DNA from: Octopus vulgaris
Lineage: Eukaryota
Direction of reading: 5' to 3'
Length of the DNA: 64,000 nt
NCBI GenBank assembly: GCA_951406725.2
Contig: OX597830.1
Coordinates: forward strand, 28,706,001 to 28,770,000
The translations under genes and the position numbers were made by a program. The notes beneath the pieces were generated by a model, which did no database searches, was not told the origin of the DNA, and was given only the letters and a program-made list of their open reading frames with translations. Every line of letters begins with the position of its first letter. Position 1 is the stretch's first letter. This document shows positions 46,185-60,473 of the stretch, piece after piece.

Positions 46185-46577
46185 TTTACATGTTTCAATC
46201 ATTTGACTGCGTCCATGCTGGAGCACCGCCTTTAGTCGAGCAAATCGACCCCAGGACTTATTCTTTGTAAGCCTAGTACTTATTCTATCGGTCTATTTTG
46301 CCGAACCGCTACGTTACGGGGACGTAAACACACCAGCATCGGTTGTCAAGCGATATTGGGGGACAAACACAGACACACAAACATATACACACACGTACAT
46401 ATATATACATACATACGACGGGCTTCTTTTCAGTTTCCGTCTGCCAAATCCACTCACAAGGCTTTGGTCGGCCCGAGGCTACAGTAGAAGACATTTGTCC
46501 AAGGTGTCACGCAGTGGGACTGAACCCGGAACCATATGGTTGGTAAGCAAGCTACTTCCCACACAGCCACTCCTACG

Positions 46578-46579
<2 letters not shown>
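46183..46579 (-). mobile_element. SINE family A, best-preserved full-length copy, inserted in (TA)n
   Basis: A box TGGCTGTGTGG, B box GGTTCAGTCCC, central GCCTTGTGAGTGGATTTGGCAGACGGAAACTG, internal microsatellite, tail GGCGGTGCTCCAGCATGG...GATTGAAACATGTAAAAG; (TA)n on both sides. Confidence 0.9.
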
Positions 46580-46625
<46 letters not shown>

Positions 46626-47142
46626 CAGTAAAATATATATATATATATATACATATGTATACGCATGTACATATATATTCGTATATGCATATGTGTGTGT
46701 ATGTGTATGTATGTATAAGCATATATTTACAAAGCGAAACATTAACGCACACAAAGTTATGTATACATTCATACATATATTCCCCACTTCTCAGAAATCA
46801 CCGGTATGTACCGTTCGGTCAACAGACATCAGTTTATCTCTTATTGTCATTGTCTCAATTATTTTCTGTTGTTGTACACCTTTTAGAACCTCACGTCATA
46901 CTTCTTTATGTCACTGACATCGCCTAATTAGGAAACATTGTCAGAGGGTATTGAAATCATGATGTTTTCTGATCGGCAACTAACGAAGGGTAGCTTATCC
47001 GTAGTGTGGCACACACAATACGGATGAGCGTAGTGTCTGTATTTTTGTCTATATTTTATCTCTCATTTCTAGCACATTTTTATTTCATCTGTCTGTATGC
47101 GTCTGTATGTTTGTGTACGTGTGTGCGAGAGACTGCGTTCAC

Positions 47143-47205
<63 letters not shown>

Positions 47206-47333
47206 CACGTTCGTTTAATATTGTGCGTTGGGATATTTTAGTGTAAATAATGAGGGATCATTTTATAAAACATCTGATAACACATTTTACGCAGTTGCTC
47301 CACAGCTGTAATTGTATTATTGTTTATTATTTA

Positions 47334-47755
47334 AGGCGGCGAGATGGCTGAATCGTTAGCATTCCGGGCAAGATTCTTGCGTCATTTCGTCCGTCTTTAT
47401 ATTCTGAGTTTTAATTCAGCCGAACTCGACTTCGCCTGCCATCATTTCTGGGTCAATAAAATGAGTACCAGTTGAGCACTGAGGTCGATGTAATCGACTA
47501 GTCCCCTCCCCCGAAATTTCAGGTATTTTGCCTATATTAGAAAGGAATATTATTATTATTATTGATGATGGTTTGACATATATTTTAGTCCTTATTCCTG
47601 GTAGAAATTATGTCGGTAGTATCTTACTATCATCGCAAGTGTCCTTTGCTTTTCATCTATTCGAGGTCGATAAAATGAGTACCAGTCAGGAACTGAGATT
47701 GATAAACAACTCCTTCTCTGACAAAAATTCTTGCAATGGTACAAAAATTTGAAGC
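47334..47755 (+). mobile_element. Two tandem SINE family B copies with (TTA)n tails
   Basis: AAGGCGGCGAGATGGCTGAATCGTTAGC...GTCAATAAAATGAGTACCAG, and a second GTCGATAAAATGAGTACCAG at about 47666. Confidence 0.75.
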
Positions 47756-47774
47756 CCTTATATTATTATTATTG

Positions 47775-47850
<76 letters not shown>

Positions 47851-47870
47851 CATTATTATTATCATTATCA

Positions 47871-47925
<55 letters not shown>

Positions 47926-47940
47926 CATTATTTTTATTGC

Positions 47941-48534
47941 TTCTAACGCTGGAGATGTATTACAGTGTCAGCTGTTCACTACCAGTGAACTAAGATAACA
48001 CCTCTTATTTTTCGATCACCTTCGGGAGTATTCGAGCGGTTCCAAGCAGTGCTGATTTCTGCAAGTGCTCCACCCTTATTACAGCCTCTATTTGTTCCAT
48101 GTACTTCTCGAGATTTTTCCTCATTGTTCCCAGGGCTCCGACAACTATTTGTACTACTGCTGCCTTTTTCATCGACCACAACTGCTTTCTTTCCCAAGCG
48201 AACCTGTCATATCTCTCGACTTGTCTTTGTTTGTTGTCAGCTGGGCATGCTATATCTATGATCTAGCATAGCTTGTTTCCTTTCTGAATTAAGACTATAT
48301 TCGGCTCTGTCTCATCGTCGCTCAGAATCATAAAATCCCATACGATACCTTCAGGTTTGTGGTCGTACCGCTTTTTTGCTCTGCAAAGTCTATACTTATT
48401 GCAAAGAGTCCAATGGACAAGCCTGGCTATATTGTCGTGGCGTCTCTTATATTCTTTCTGGGCTAGTGGCGTGCATAGGCTGGTAATATGCCATACGGTT
48501 CCACCATTTTGTCCACAGATTCTGCACTTATCAC

Positions 48535-48535
<1 letters not shown>
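47941..48535 (-). mobile_element. R4/Dong-like LINE 3' portion (CCHC knuckle, RHD motif, RLE) within (TAA)n
   Basis: SDKCRICGQNGGTVWHITSLCTPLAQKEYKRRHDNIARLVHW...WDFMI...IIDIACP...IVVGALGT...LQKSALLGTARILPKVIEK*; TAA tracts on both flanks. Confidence 0.9.
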
Positions 48536-48616
<81 letters not shown>

Positions 48617-48617
48617 A

Positions 48618-48649
<32 letters not shown>

Positions 48650-49154
48650 TTTACAGTTAACCTGTATGCTTGTAACAACTACTGGCCGAGACACACACTC
48701 CTCCTCCTAGAGCGAGTGAAGGATAAACGATTTTACAGTATGACTGAAGGCTTGGGAAGCGAATGTGACAGTGACGGTAGCGAAATATCTTCATGTAATA
48801 CAACACAGATATTTAAATTGACAGGGTCTCTCTAAGATTTGAGCTGTACTGGCCAGTACAATATTCTGAGTTTCTTTGAGACATGGTTCTCCTGGGATAT
48901 TATCTAGATGTTTCTGACATCCCTTTCTTATCATACCAAGAGTACCCACAATAACAGAAACAGTTCACCCTTTAAAATGCCACTTCTTTTGTATTTCAAT
49001 TACCAGGTCCTTATATTCACAGTATTTTGTTTTTTCCTTGTCACCCATATGAGATAGAGATTATCAGGTTGCGCAATTACCATTGTTTTTTATTGTGACA
49101 CCATCACTAGATGTATCACCAATCAGGATATGGCAAGATTCCAACCACTTCCTT

Positions 49155-49156
<2 letters not shown>
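48650..49156 (-). mobile_element. Second-family R4/Dong-like LINE 3' end
   Basis: EYKDLVIEIQKKWH...VIVGTLGMIRKGCQKHLDNIPGEPCLKETQNIVLASTAQIL; 3' UTR shared with 50240-50520. Confidence 0.8.
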
Positions 49157-49616
<460 letters not shown>

Positions 49617-50082
49617 GTCATGAACACTTTCGTATTACAACTAGGCTCCGGGTTTTATCACCGTAGACAATTTGATAGAGCGCTGCTTCTATAATTATAC
49701 GCAAATAAATGTAGCCAAATGAGACAAAGAAATGGTAAAAAACACTAATATCGACTCTTATTTTTTCTTTGTAGGGTATATATTTGTTTAATGCCATGGG
49801 GTGTATATATACACATATACATACACACAAACACACATATATATGTTTAATGGTTTGTGATCAATAACGACTAGTCTTTGTCGTTTGATTTTATTCGATT
49901 CGCTTATGTATATGTATGTGCGCTTGTTTATACATTAGTTAATGTTATTTTGAAATATTAAAAGGTGTTCATGGTAAACTAGGGTGTGTACGGAATTAAT
50001 TAGTTTACGTACTTACGTGTTTGTGATGTGTATTAAATCGGATATAGTCCAATAATTTTAATGAGCATTACTTAAATCGATA

Positions 50083-50191
<109 letters not shown>

Positions 50192-50239
50192 GTTGTTGTT
50201 GTTGCTATTGTTATTGTTGTTGTTGTTACTGTTATTTTC

Positions 50240-50520
50240 TATAATTCTGCATGTTTGTTCCAGTCACTTGCCGACACACACCCAACGTCCTAGGGCGAGT
50301 GCAGGATAAGAGACATTACCGTATAACTGAGAGTTTGGGGAGGAGAAGTGGCAGGGAAAGTAGCGAAATATCTTCATGTAATACGACACAGACATTTCAA
50401 TGAATAGGGTTTTTCTCAGGATGTGGGCAGTCCTTCTCGGCACAATCTTTAGGATTTCTCTGAGACATGGTTCTTCAGAGATGCTACCTAATAACCATCG
50501 CCTGATGGTTCTCAGGGGAT
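50240..50520 (-). mobile_element. R4/Dong-like LINE 3' end, same family as 48650-49156
   Basis: Shares GTAGCGAAATATCTTCATGTAATAC and TGAGACATGGTTCT; translates EEPCLREILKIVPRRTAHILRKTL. Confidence 0.8.
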
Positions 50521-50552
50521 AATTATTGTTGTTGTTGTTGTTCTTCTTCTTC

Positions 50553-50619
<67 letters not shown>

Positions 50620-50684
50620 GTTATTGTTGTTGTTATTATTATTGCTGTTGTTGTGGTTGTTGTTGTTAGTATTATTATTATTAC

Positions 50685-50741
<57 letters not shown>

Positions 50742-50765
50742 GATTATTATTATTATTATTATCAT

Positions 50766-50960
50766 TCAGTAGTTTTATTTTTATACCGTGCTTTCACTTC
50801 ACTACCGAGCGCAGCTCTGTGTGCCTTGGGTATGTGCTGTGGTTTGCTGTGATGCTCTTATGGTTACTGTATGGATAATATGATTTATTGTTTCTTGTCC
50901 ATCTCCACATATTCTGCAGTTACTTGTAATATTTCTTTTCATTACTTGTAATATTTCTTT

Positions 50961-50965
<5 letters not shown>
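50766..50965 (-). mobile_element. Internally deleted RLE-LINE fragment (zinc knuckle joined to probable 3' UTR)
   Basis: MKRNITSNCRICGDGQETINHII followed directly by non-coding sequence ending AAAACTACTG-(AAT)n; tandem duplication of TTACTTGTAATATTTCTTTTCA. Confidence 0.65.
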
Positions 50966-51013
<48 letters not shown>

Positions 51014-51023
51014 GTTATTGTTA

Positions 51024-51128
<105 letters not shown>

Positions 51129-51149
51129 CTGTTGCTGTTGCTATTGTTA

Positions 51150-51828
51150 ACCGTTGGACAGATCATTTGACAAGAAGTTACTATAAATCATAAAAATCTT
51201 AAGATTTCTTGGAGCTTTTATGATGTCACTCTGTTTGAAATACGTGATCTAATCCCAATACATGTCTCCCTCTTAGGTAGCAAATATGACCAATAACAGC
51301 AGGTCCTATTACCAAACTTAAATTCCAGAATGACTTCGTGTCTCTATATAAGTCTTGGTATTTCAAATTTCTCACTTCTTCCCTGACATTCTCTGAAATA
51401 TCATTCCAAATAGAAGCACAAATGTTCTCCCGGTGTGTTTTGGTTTTTCACTTTCAAGATCTTAGATGAACCCCTTGCTTCAGAAGCCACTCTTTATGCA
51501 GAAATCTCATAAACTCCAATTATTAGCATTACTCTTCATAGCATCTGGCTCATGTTTACACTACCTTTACGGCACTTCGAATCTATTAATTTAGCTCTGA
51601 TCCCGCTGCATATATTTACATTCTTTGCGATCCCTGCATTTATACACTTAGTGTGATATCTACAGCATTTACTTCGCAAGCATATAACATCTTTTCCCCC
51701 ATTGCTCCACATTCTGCAGTGTTTGAATGAGTCGTCTCAATCATTGACATTTTTGTTGTGAAATTCGTTTTATTGACTTCACATTGAGTGGCTAAATTCA
51801 ACTTTCACTTTCTCTTTTCAGGTTTCCT
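51150..51828 (-). pseudogene. Older degenerate R4/Dong-like C-terminal region
   Basis: NLKRESES ~ LKRETES (~51810), HCRMW ~ CRMC (~51710), KHEPDA (~51550), LKYQDLYRDTKSFWNL...AVIG (~51330) in the expected order. Confidence 0.55.
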
Positions 51829-52239
51829 CATAACATTGATAATTTTGATGATGACGACAGCACAACGGGGAGGGGTGAAATGATGATTATCATGATGATG
51901 ATGAAGATGGATCCCCATAAGGTTATTGGTAATAATGATAATCATGGTTTAACTTCGTCATCGCAAATTTCTGACCAGTAGGAATAGTTTCTATTCTTAT
52001 TCATAAGCTCAATAATTCACATTCTGAAAATGAATAACGCACACTTAGCAACAATTTCCAAAAATGACCCACTACAATATATATTCTCCGGCCAAATGCC
52101 ATTATTATTATGTCACACAATTATCCCGTTTCATTCCGCGTACACTAACACACTCCAGATATATGTATATGTAAATAGATTCATACATACATCCACATAA
52201 CTACACATGCGCACGCACACACAAACACACAAACATATA

Positions 52240-52342
52240 TATATGTATATATACACATATATAAATATATATACACATAAATACATATATATATATATGT
52301 ATTTATGTGTATATATATTTATATATGTGTATATATACATAT

Positions 52343-52343
<1 letters not shown>
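52240..52343. repeat. Perfect 104-bp palindrome centred on (AT)7
   Basis: TATATGTATATATACACATATATAAATATATATACACATAAATAC-(AT)7-exact reverse complement. Confidence 0.9.
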
Positions 52344-52394
<51 letters not shown>

Positions 52395-52937
52395 CATTCA
52401 TTCGCGCGGATATAGGCATATATGCACAAATACGGATGGAAAGAATACAACTCGTTAGACACATATTCTGTACGTCTTATGCATACAATTGCCATTAGGT
52501 AGTGCAGCGCAAACGACAAATAGTGCAATGCCTATAATCAAAAGGTATCTGTTGACCTTAACAGAGTAGAATCAAGAGAAAAAGTGCAACAACACATTTT
52601 CAAAAAGCACTGAATTGAATGCATTTTCTACACAATTAGTTTATTTTGAATATGATATATGCAGGTAATATGTATACACATGTGTTTGTGCGTGTACACA
52701 ATACAGTAGGTGTCAAAAAGTTAAGGTAGATTTTTAGGAGTTAAAGTAGTTTCGTGGTGAAGTTTTGGAAACTGCCGTGTAACTTTTCGTATGTGTGAGT
52801 GGGGAATTGTTATTTCTGTGTATGTATGATATCTGTCTATGTATGTATGTATGTATGTATGTATTTATGTATGTTTGTATGTATGTATATATGTATGTAT
52901 ATATCTATCTATCTATCTATCTATTATCTATCTATTG

Positions 52938-52985
<48 letters not shown>

Positions 52986-52989
52986 AACA

Positions 52990-53149
52990 AGGACATGTGG
53001 TAAGTAGCTTGCGTCCCAACAAGATAATTGAAGATTCAATCCTACTGCGTGGAAACTTAGCTAAGTATCTTCTATTGTAGTCTCGGGTCCATTAAACCGA
53101 TAGAAGTGGATTTACTAAATGGAAACTGAAAGAATCCCGTCGTATATAT

Positions 53150-53199
<50 letters not shown>

Positions 53200-53220
53200 C
53201 TATATATATATATGTATATA

Positions 53221-53261
<41 letters not shown>

Positions 53262-53478
53262 TGTATGTATGTATTTGTGTGCCTGTGCCTGTCCCCAACA
53301 CCATCGCGTCAAAACCGATTCTGATCCGTTTACGTTCTTGTAATCTAGCGTTTCGGCAGAGGAAACCAATAGGATAAGTACTAGGGTTATGAAGAATATG
53401 CCGTGGGCTCGATTTGTTCGATTAATGACGCGGCTCCAACATGGACGCAATCAGATGACTGAAACAAGGGAAAAAATA
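52990..53478 (+). mobile_element. SINE family A with an expanded internal (TA)n
   Basis: TGTGGTAAGTAGCTTGC head, GGAAACTGAAAGAATCCCGTCGT, about 140 nt of microsatellite, tail ...GATGACTGAAACAAGG. Confidence 0.8.
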
Positions 53479-53518
53479 ATATATCTTCAGTTCTATATTT
53501 TTGCTGCTTGCGTCACCA

Positions 53519-53580
<62 letters not shown>

Positions 53581-53610
53581 ACTATATATATACGTAAATA
53601 TATTTATGAA

Positions 53611-53713
<103 letters not shown>

Positions 53714-53819
53714 GCATAAATATATTTACGTATATATTTATGCATGCATTCCTACGTACATACATACTTACATACATACATACATACATACATACATGCA
53801 TATATACATACATATGTGT

Positions 53820-54027
53820 GTTTTTGTGTCTGTGTTTGTCTGCCAACACCGCTTGACAACAGGTGTTAGTGTATTTACGTCCCTTTAAATTAGTGCTTCG
53901 GCCAAAAAGTGACTTATAAAATAAACCAAGTTTAATAAAAATGTTCTTCGATTAGAAATTTTTCAAGACGATGCCCCAGCTTGGCTGCAATCTAATGACT
54001 AATACAATTAAATGCAAGTATAAAAGT
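53820..54027 (+). mobile_element. SINE family A tail half
   Basis: GTGTCTGTGTTTGTC...CGCTTGACAAC...TTTACGTCCC...GCCCCAGCTTGGCTGCAATCTAATGACT. Confidence 0.7.
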
Positions 54028-54324
54028 TATATATCAACGTAATAGATGGTAGAATAAAATAGCTGGGGGAAATTAATGAGATTATGTTAATAAGGATTTA
54101 AGTTGGCTTAATCCAGTATGATTAGTTGTAAGTGAAGTAAATATGAGATAGAGTTTTTTGTAACTGCTGTAGTCATGTTAACAAAATTGTCCAATAAACG
54201 GGAACGTGAAACTCTGAGTAACAGCTTTTGTTATATTTCTGCTGCTTTTAAATAAAGCATATTACTCTACCTGGTATTTGAGTACTCTTTTTACCACCTT
54301 GTTTCACATTTATGTGTTTACTCC

Positions 54325-54359
<35 letters not shown>

Positions 54360-54363
<4 letters not shown>

Positions 54364-54620
54364 TGGAATTTACAAAAAAAACAAAAAAACAAAAGACGAA
54401 GATGGGTGTGTAAGCAACAACCTGGTGTTTTAGTTTAACTCTCTGGAAATGAGAAAGTCTCTAACGTTTCGAGCCTACGCTCTTCAACAGAAAGGAACAC
54501 AGTAATAAGCATAGAGAGAGAAATTAAAGGTTTAGTGGCTAGCGATCAATCATGGAGAATGCCGGACAGAGGTGGTCAGACAGGAGAGCTAGCAAGAAGG
54601 GGAGATAAAAAAGTAGAGTG
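54360..54620 (-). mobile_element. PLE-like 3' fragment with a minimal HHR variant, 3' end at (TA)n
   Basis: Reverse complement of 54463-54490 is CTGTTGA-A-GAGC(GTAG)GCTC-GAAA-C-GTT; T-rich tail runs into (TA)n 54328-54358; related to 820-1040. Confidence 0.6.
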
Positions 54621-54659
54621 TCTGTGTGTGTGTATGTATGTGTCCAAGCTTAGCCAAGA

Positions 54660-55400
54660 TGTTCTGAAGAAGACTGGTGGTTGCCCATGTTTGCAATTTT
54701 TAATATTACCGGTGTATCACTCTGCTCTCTATGTAGCATATGCAATCGAGGATATTCATCTATTTTTGACTTTGTACTCTATTTCCTGTTTCTTTCCAGC
54801 TTCATCCGTTTACCTTTCCGGGTTTTGCTGCAAGATACGTCTTCGTGAAATTTGGCATCCTTCTCCCAGATCGTGTTTTGAATTTTTATAGATGTTTTTC
54901 ATAAGTAGGGGCTGTTAGCCTTACTCAGATGCATTTTTATCTCTAGGAAGAGGTGGCCTATATTAGCTTGGCTTCTATCTTTTGGCCTGTCTGTCATACG
55001 ACGCCCTCTGGGAGACTGCGTTTCACTGGCATAGCTGTCATCTCCGTTGAGGGACAGAAGACACCATATCTCAATTACGACAGAACTTGATAGTAGACAA
55101 TGATGTTTATTAAAGGGAAGTAACACCGACTTGAGCCCACACATTAGCTGGCATTGCGGTCTGAATTCAAACAGACACGCTGGAACCGATACTGCTAGAC
55201 ATCTTCCTCGACCCTTACGCAGTAATGCCATTTCACCACCATGTATTGACATTTCAGAATTTGGCCCTACAAAATGAAAGGTTAATTTAAGTTGGCGTGA
55301 TTTGAACTTTGAGCCTAGAAAGATAGATATAACATCCCGAGGTTTACTAACTCTGAGGTGTAACGGATTATTCGTTGAGTGGTGAGTATTGAATTTTCGT
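54660..55400 (-). pseudogene. Degenerate Ty3/Gypsy pol fragment (RT motifs)
   Basis: ORF 54899-55504 includes GSKFKSRQLKLTFHF ~ GxKxFSKxDLxxAYHQ, LAVSVPACLFEF...MCGLKS ~ TAxxTPxGLFEFxxMPFGLKN, and NGDDS at the YxDD position. Confidence 0.55.
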
Positions 55401-58038
55401 TCGGTTTGATTCCGTAGAAACCTTGATAAGCTCTGTTCAAAATAGTTTATAGCGATTGTGACAACAGACCGATGATATATATTGAAACTTGAGAATAATA
55501 GCATTGATTTAATTTCTTAACGGGAGACAACTTTTTTCAGTCAGCGTCTTTCTGGTTGGAAGTTTCACTTTAGCCAGGTGATAATCGGCGAAAGATATAA
55601 AAGACAAAATCATGTATACTCCGATACACAGCATAAACCTATATAAAGTTAATATGAAAGCACGACTTGAACCATGGAGGGCAATCAGAAAAACAAATAT
55701 CGAATAGTCTAAAAACACAGCAAGCAGATGACGACGTAAAATACGTAAGATCATCGGGTAGACGTCTTCTGTTTTTTTAACTGAGTTTGTAACGTACGAT
55801 GAATTGCCTTGTTAAAATTAATTAAATTAGATTTATTTCCCTGTGGCACTTGCAGACAATTTCATCACTTACCTTTGAACAGTTGGTAGACTAAGTTCAC
55901 TTCGTTAAAATCTGATAGGCTTTTTTGGGACAGTAACAGAAGGGACCTGAACTGTGCCTATAAGGTTTACTAAAATCCTAAATTACTTTTTAAATACTAA
56001 AACATTATCACCGTGTTTCTCAACTTCCATACATATCTGGAGAGGATTGCAGGACATTTATGATAACCATTTCGAAAAAAACGAAAACAATGAAAAAGAA
56101 AAAAAAAGAAGACAAAAAGCACAGTTGTCTTAAAAAATCGTGTAGAACCAATGTAATTTCCTTAAACTCTATAAAAAAATTATATATTGCAACAAACACA
56201 CGATATTACTAAGGATAAAGCCCTTAATTTTTCTAGGTATCATATTTCTTCGTAATTCTAATGGCATGCACCTCATAATTGACACACATTCACATAGAAG
56301 TAGTATATCAAATCTATTTGTAAAAGAAAGATAGTAACAGTATTACCGTCGTATGCCAGAGTCTTTTCTTTGTAAGTATATCTATCAATATACATATGTG
56401 AGTGCGTGTGCGTATTGCGTATTCATGTATTCATGTGTGTGTGTGTGTGTGTGTGTGTGTATGCGCGCGCGTGTGTGTACATATATATATATATGCTGCA
56501 AGACATTTCAATGACACCTGGTCTTGGAAGAAAGCTTCAACCTCGGTACATACAATTTCGCATTTAGCAAAGTATGTTTTAAGGATGATAGAATTCATCA
56601 GGATTAGAGAGAGAGAGAAATAAGGATGATAGAGATATTGAAATAAAGAGAAGGTGAAAGAGCGAAATACCGAGCGAACGAGTTTGCGAAAGAGAGAAAA
56701 AACAGAGAGAGAGAGAGAGAGAGGGCAGCAGAGGGATATGCGAGAGAGATAGAATAAGATAGCTGTCGGGAAGTATTCGACTAAGTGACAAGCAATATAT
56801 ATTTCCTTGCGGTAGGTTTTACTTGATAGGAAAAAAAATGATTAATGACTATCACAGGATTATAAAAATACTGAGGCATGACTATACTTCTAAGCAGTTG
56901 TTTTCAGAAGTATGTGATACTGTAATCCGTTGAAGTTCAGGGCAATATGGATAGGCTTCTCCAGATCCACGAATTGTCCACCGTCTCTAGCGCAAAATTT
57001 GGTTGACAAAAATTATGCTTAACCCGCTCTTGAAACATAAATGGCCTAAGAAAGATTTTGTTCCAAACTAAACATATAAAACTCATACATTAACACGAAA
57101 AATCTTGGATGTAAAAGAAGGTCTTTTTAATTTTTTCGTCAAACAAACTGAAGAGGTGCGATATGTTCTAACTTCAACAAAATGTTGCGTAATCTTGGCA
57201 CTGGATTTATTGAAACACTTGTATAGTTTATTAACCTTAAAATACCAAATGCATTTTCCGTTGCCTATTATATACATACATACGTATGTGTGTGTGTGTG
57301 TGTATAGGATAAGTACGCATACTCACCTACATGTCGATATATATTTGTATGTGTAAGAGAAAGTGAGTGTGAAGATGCTAGTATGATTTTAGTTATACGG
57401 GCTAAATCGTCAAATGTTGATGTATTTGAGTAAGAAAAGAAGCAAGTATATTCTAAAATAGATGGAAGCTTTATAAACCTTTCCATCCCATCCCATAATT
57501 AAAGTTTTATAGCATGAGAATTTTGAAGACATTTGCTCAAACTAGCCAGAGTATAATGAGTATGTTTTCAAAAGATCAGAGGCTTATCAGAGTAAGTTCA
57601 ACAGCATGGGAATACAACATCGTTGTAAATAGTGAACCTTAGTGATCCTTTAAGACATTTATCAGATAATTCTTTGCATTATTGCAGTGGGAAACCATCA
57701 ATGAAGGCAAAGAATATTAACGAATGAATGCAGTTAAAATAACATCTGCATTGCTGTATACGTATTTTCTCATTGCAAATTTAGATACGCAAATTATTCT
57801 TAATCTAATGATTTGATTCTTTTTTTTTTCTTTATCGAAAGTTCTATCTTGTAGTCATTAAGCATATGTTTGTTTTCTATCTTCATTAGTGAAACATAGG
57901 TTTTACTTCAGATTCATTATCATTTTAAATATGGCAGACATGCAATCAAAATCAAATATACAAATATAGAAAAATGTATTTCCCCATTAAAGTAAACACT
58001 CCCTGACAAACCCACCCTCACACAGATGTATGTGTGTA

Positions 58039-58079
<41 letters not shown>

Positions 58080-58571
58080 ACACGTGTGTATGCGTATACG
58101 TACGTAAATGGCCATATAATTGCCAGTTCATATATATACTTACACACACACACAGAGGTATAATGTGCATGTATATACATATATATTTATATGTTTATAT
58201 GTATGTAATTACATGTACAAGGAGAGAGGGCGCGATGGATTAATTTGTATTCTCGTATATAGGCAGGTATACAAAAAAGAATTGAAGTAGGCAGATTGGC
58301 ATGTATGTAGATAAATATTTACGCATATATCTGTGTGAATGCATTAAAATGCTTTGGAAGGTGTGCTTGCGTGTCAGTGCGTGTACGTATATGTCATTAT
58401 AGACCCTTGTGTATGAATATATATATCATATACTGTACATCATACATATATATAGGCGTGTGTGTGTGTTATATACAATATCATAAAAGAACAAAGAAAT
58501 AACATAAATATAGATAGACAGATTGCAAGATAGGGGGCTAAATAGAAAAACAGAATGACTAAGGGTAACCT

Positions 58572-58612
<41 letters not shown>

Positions 58613-58972
58613 TAAAAATATGCCTATATATAAACATATACATTATGATACATATATATATGTCTTATATACATATACATACATAGATGTATATATATAA
58701 CAAGCATTCCTTACATTCATTATACGATTTTGTTAAAAGCTTTCATTAATTCACTATTTTGACAATATCAATAACATCGTAATTTTCAAAAGGGAGATAT
58801 TTTAAGTATATTATCTTTATTGTCTATAGAAATAAATAATATTTATTAAATATACGACGAATATTGGCTGACAATGAATCCAATATCGACAAAATATGAA
58901 GCAAAATGAAAGAAGAAATACATACACACAAACGTATACTGATACAAATATACGAATATGTATGAAAACATT

Positions 58973-59041
<69 letters not shown>

Positions 59042-59738
59042 TATATGCAGATATGTACGTATATATGTATACATATATATGTGCGTGTATGTAGATATAT
59101 ATATACATATATGTATATGTGTGTATATCTAAATATACATTTGTATATATTTATGTGTGTGATATCTATGTGTTTACGTGAGTGTGTATGTGTAGATATG
59201 TTGATACATAGATAGATATGGATGTATACGCCAACACTGTGGTAAGGAATAATAGGAGGTAGATTAAAAATGAACCATAATATTGTAAATGTCGAATATA
59301 TACGCACATAAAGATCTGCATAAACATATACAATAATATACATATGTATCTCTGTTTCTTGTGTGTGTGTGTTTGAATATCTGTTTGTGTGTATCCATAG
59401 AGCACGGTTAGTCTTCAACAAAAATAAGCGCACGCAATACAGCCTAGAGTATAAGGTATAAAAATATATACACTATTGTATTATACACGCATACAAACAC
59501 ATATACATTTACACATATTTGTGTATATCCCCATTTAATTAGATAATATACATATACATACATACAAGTACATATGTGCACATGGATGTATCTATCTATC
59601 TATCTATATATATATATATATATATATACAAGTTCACCAAGAGTAACATATCAATATATAGACACATTTATAGTATATGTTGTATATATATATACAAGTT
59701 TACCAAATGTACCATGTAAGTAAATAGATACGCTTCTT

Positions 59739-59778
<40 letters not shown>

Positions 59779-59781
59779 GTG

Positions 59782-59813
<32 letters not shown>

Positions 59814-60238
59814 ATATATATATGTATATGTGAATATATATATGCATATACATATATATTTTTGTATATGAATCAACCTACATACTTTTATGTACCTGTA
59901 TATGTGCATGTATATCTATAAAAATACATGTATACACCTGAGTGTATACAAAAACAGCGTGCGTGCATGTATGCATGTGTATGCGGAGCAAAAATCTCAT
60001 GTATTTACGTACGTAATTTGCGTACGAATATATATGATACAGCGTGATTAGCTAATGGTCCAATTAATTTACTTCATGGAGTACAGAGTAATACTGCAAT
60101 ATTGATCTTCTATCGATTAAAAATAAGTAAGATATTATAAACAGAATATGCGTCGGATATAGGCCAACAATTCTTGTTATACACATACCTTCATAAAAAA
60201 AGGAAATTACCTTGCTATCTAGACACACAGTCGTATTC

Positions 60239-60473
<235 letters not shown>

